A model generated the notes under the pieces. It was not told the DNA's origin, made no database searches, and saw only the letters and a list, made by a program, of their open reading frames with translations. Shown piece by piece: positions 61,291-64,000 of a DNA stretch of 64,000 nucleotides (within the stretch, counting starts at the first letter, position 1; the number at the start of each line of letters is the position of its first letter). The position numbers and the translations under genes were made by a program. Source of the stretch: Mizuhopecten yessoensis (Eukaryota); NCBI RefSeq assembly GCF_002113885.1, contig NW_018407403.1:1352055-1416054 (forward strand). Reading direction: 5' to 3'.

Positions 61291-64000
61291 TTTCATTTCA
61301 GAATATTTATTGTTCAGACCTTAGATACAAAGGAATTGGGCAACAGGCAAAGCCTATGAGCGCCCTCTCCTTACAATTATAAACAGTTTACACACATCAT
61401 ATTGAATTGAATTAATGATAAAACATGTATATTATGTACATGAATATTGATATTTGCATGTCATTATTATTATTTTTTTAAAAAGGTTGTACAGAAACTA
61501 GATTTTACAAAAAATGGCAATTGAAATTATGCTGGTGGACAGCACATAGTACAATTATGTACTGGTATCATTCCATACAGCAAAGTCATGAGATAAACAA
61601 GTAAGTGTAATCTAGTTAAAGCGTCTTGTATCTTTAACCAATCTCTTAACCATCTCCAAGATACTTATGTTCATATTGATATCGAGTCTTTGACATCCAT
61701 AAAGAAAAGTCTGAGTATTTAATGGAATAATGTCATTAAAAGCAGAAATGGAGTTCAGGAGAATTTGCCTTTGATTAGTATACAGAGTACAATGGAAGAA
61801 GAAGTGATCACAATCCTCAACAGGAGAACTACATAAGCAGGCAGGGGTATCAATTAGGTGAGATTCAAATAGATCTGAATTCAGGTTACTGGCACAGTTT
61901 CTAAGTTGACATAAGGTAATATTAAATTTTCGATCACCATTGTATTTAAAAATATCAGTACATTGGGGTTGAGAATCCATTTCATCTGAGTGTAAAAAAT
62001 CTCTTTTTATAGATCCAATGGATGTCATTGTGGGATACAGGCAAGTTGGATTATTCCATTCAGACATCAGTTTCGGGAAAAAACTGGCATTATATAACTG
62101 AGTTCTTGGTATAGGAACATCAAAAATTCTATTGTGGCGAAGATGATAATTGTCAGTATTATCATTAATGTACGGTTGAATTATATCATAGACATGAGAG
62201 GGACATTTCCTATTATATATTTTATAAAAAGTAATATTTTGATGCAAATGTCTTCTTCTATTAAGTGTTATAAAACCAGATTCTCTATATAAGATAGCAT
62301 GACTTGTTCCACGTCTTAACCCTAAGATAATACGTGCTGCTTCTAGTTGGATAGACTCCAAGACACTGCATTCATTCTGCGTGCAGTTTGCCCATATAAT
62401 ATTTGCATATTCCAGAATTGGACGTATAAATGTGATATATATAGTTTCGAGTGATTTTCTATCAATTTTGTATTTCAACATTCTAAGTATATTAATTCTT
62501 TTATAAGCTTTTTCGTATATATAGTTTATGTGGTTAGACCAATTAGCCTTGCTGTTGAAAAACAAACCTAGGTGTTTATGATTAGAAACATTAATAATTG
62601 ATGATTCATCAAAATATAGGTTAGGATGCAGTGTCTCAGAGTCAACCCGCCTCGAGAAGAGCAGGGCTACAGTTTTATCTGGATTAAAGATAATTCCCCA
62701 TGTTCTAGCCCAGATTGAAATTTTCCTCAGATCATCATTTAATATATTAGCACATTCTTGCCTGTCTCCCTCAATGAGACCATATAAGGAGGTATCATCA
62801 GCAAATAGTTTGAAGTTTGAGGCCAATTCATCACCAATATCATTAATATATAGTAAAAACAAAAAAGGACCAAGGACTGAACCTTGGGGTACCCCTGCCT
62901 GTAATGTTTTCCAGTTAGACTTATACCCATCTATGACCACTCTCTGTTGCCTATCATGAAGGTATGATGTAAACCATTCTAACATATTATTACATATACC
63001 ATATTTTTTTAGTTTATAAATTAGACCGTCATGCCAAACTCTGTCAAAGGCTTTGCTAATATCACAGAAAATCATTCTGGCCTCTTTGCCTTTGTCTAAA
63101 TGTTTTACAATTTCATCGTTTATATTTAATAGCTGATACACTGTGGAATCCTTAGGTAAAAAGCCTGACTGATTCTTAGAAATAATGTTATATCTTGAAA
63201 GGTAATTGAACATATATTTAAAAACAATTTTTTCAAATAGCTTGCTAAATATAGGGGTAACAGATATTGGTCTATAGTTGGATGGATCACTTTTATCTCC
63301 CTTGCCCTTATAAATTGGGGTAACATGAGCATTTTTCCATCTATTTGGTAGCTTTCCGGTAGAAATAGATTTGTTGAATAAGAGATAGAGTGGTTTCACA
63401 AGAGATTGGGAAACCCCTTTTATGAATTTTGGAGGGATACTATCAGGGCCTGAAGGTTTATTAGTATTGAGTAGATCGAGCTGATCAAGAATGTCCTGTT
63501 CGGTTATGTCTATTGTTGAGAAGCTATGTCGGGGTCGGGGGCAATCAGGAGGTAAATCGTCAGCATTCTTTTCAGTTACGGAAATCGAAGTGAAATAATC
63601 GTTAAAAGATTCCGCCTTATCTATGGGGTGGATTTTCAGTTCGCCGTTGATAATCAATGGAGAGTCATTTTCGTTTTTGTTTTTGAGATTCATAACCGAT
63701 TTTACAATACGCCACCATTTTCCTGGGGGTATGGTTTTATCATTTAAAGAAGATTGAAGTTTAGATAAATATTTTTCTTTAGCTTCCCGGACTAAGGATA
63801 TAACTTCATTCCGAATAGATCTAAATTTTGCCCAAGAAGATGGAGTATTATGTAGCTTAGCTTTGGAATGCTGGCGATTTCTTTGTCTAATTTTGAGTCT
63901 GAAACCTTTAGTCATCCAAATTTTATCATTAGGTCTTATAGTTACTGTTGTATGGGGCACGAATAGGTCGAACCAGGTAACTAAATAGAGTATACTTCCA
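61291..64000 (-). mobile_element. CR1/L2-clade LINE, 3' portion with 3' UTR
   Basis: Open RT ORF, 3' UTR stem-loop (~61338-61365), AATAAA followed by a short TGAAA-type tail ending ~61291. Confidence 0.88.
61612..63960 (-). CDS. LINE ORF2 reverse transcriptase (782 aa visible; frame stays open to the window edge)
   Basis: KPSGPDSI, NYRPISV, FCDISKAFDRVWH, GVPQGSVLGPFLFLLYIND, LFADDT, HKHLG, C-terminal CLC..VEDCDHFFFHC. Confidence 0.93.
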   Translation of the reverse strand: MPHTTVTIRPNDKIWMTKGFRLKIRQRNRQHSKAKLHNTPSSWAKFRSIRNEVISLVREAKEKYLSKLQSSLNDKTIPPGKWWRIVKSVMNLKNKNENDSPLIINGELKIHPIDKAESFNDYFTSISVTEKNADDLPPDCPRPRHSFSTIDITEQDILDQLDLLNTNKPSGPDSIPPKFIKGVSQSLVKPLYLLFNKSISTGKLPNRWKNAHVTPIYKGKGDKSDPSNYRPISVTPIFSKLFEKIVFKYMFNYLSRYNIISKNQSGFLPKDSTVYQLLNINDEIVKHLDKGKEARMIFCDISKAFDRVWHDGLIYKLKKYGICNNMLEWFTSYLHDRQQRVVIDGYKSNWKTLQAGVPQGSVLGPFLFLLYINDIGDELASNFKLFADDTSLYGLIEGDRQECANILNDDLRKISIWARTWGIIFNPDKTVALLFSRRVDSETLHPNLYFDESSIINVSNHKHLGLFFNSKANWSNHINYIYEKAYKRINILRMLKYKIDRKSLETIYITFIRPILEYANIIWANCTQNECSVLESIQLEAARIILGLRRGTSHAILYRESGFITLNRRRHLHQNITFYKIYNRKCPSHVYDIIQPYINDNTDNYHLRHNRIFDVPIPRTQLYNASFFPKLMSEWNNPTCLYPTMTSIGSIKRDFLHSDEMDSQPQCTDIFKYNGDRKFNITLCQLRNCASNLNSDLFESHLIDTPACLCSSPVEDCDHFFFHCTLYTNQRQILLNSISAFNDIIPLNTQTFLYGCQRLDINMNISILEMVKRLVKDTRRFN

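Overview
AT-rich, intron- and repeat-rich animal genomic DNA. The repeat landscape (HINE-like elements, CORE/V/Meta-type SINEs, C1q-domain genes) suggests a bivalve mollusc, possibly a scallop; that assignment is an inference. Genes were reconstructed by hand from splice sites and reading phase. (1) The 5' exons of GABPA (- strand) lie head-to-head with (2) a complete 3-coding-exon ATP5PF/ATP5J gene (+ strand), the same divergent pair known in mammals. (3) An 11-exon, ~1049-aa kinase-less ROCO gene (ankyrin-like N-terminus, ROC GTPase, COR, two death domains) spans 28787-45989; its second intron hosts a DDE_Tnp_4+SWIM DNA transposon and a HINE. (4) A secreted coiled-coil/collagen/His-rich C1q gene carries compensating frameshifts. 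(5) A second secreted collagen-repeat gene begins near the end and is interrupted by a CR1/L2-type LINE with an open RT ORF. Also present: two Penelope-like fragments (one with three hammerhead-like pLTR copies), a decayed L1/Tx1 LINE, SINEs, MITEs and 42-, 47-, 67-, 25-, 20- and 16-bp tandem arrays. Most short ORFs in the supplied track are spurious. No database searches were run; family assignments rest on recognised motifs.
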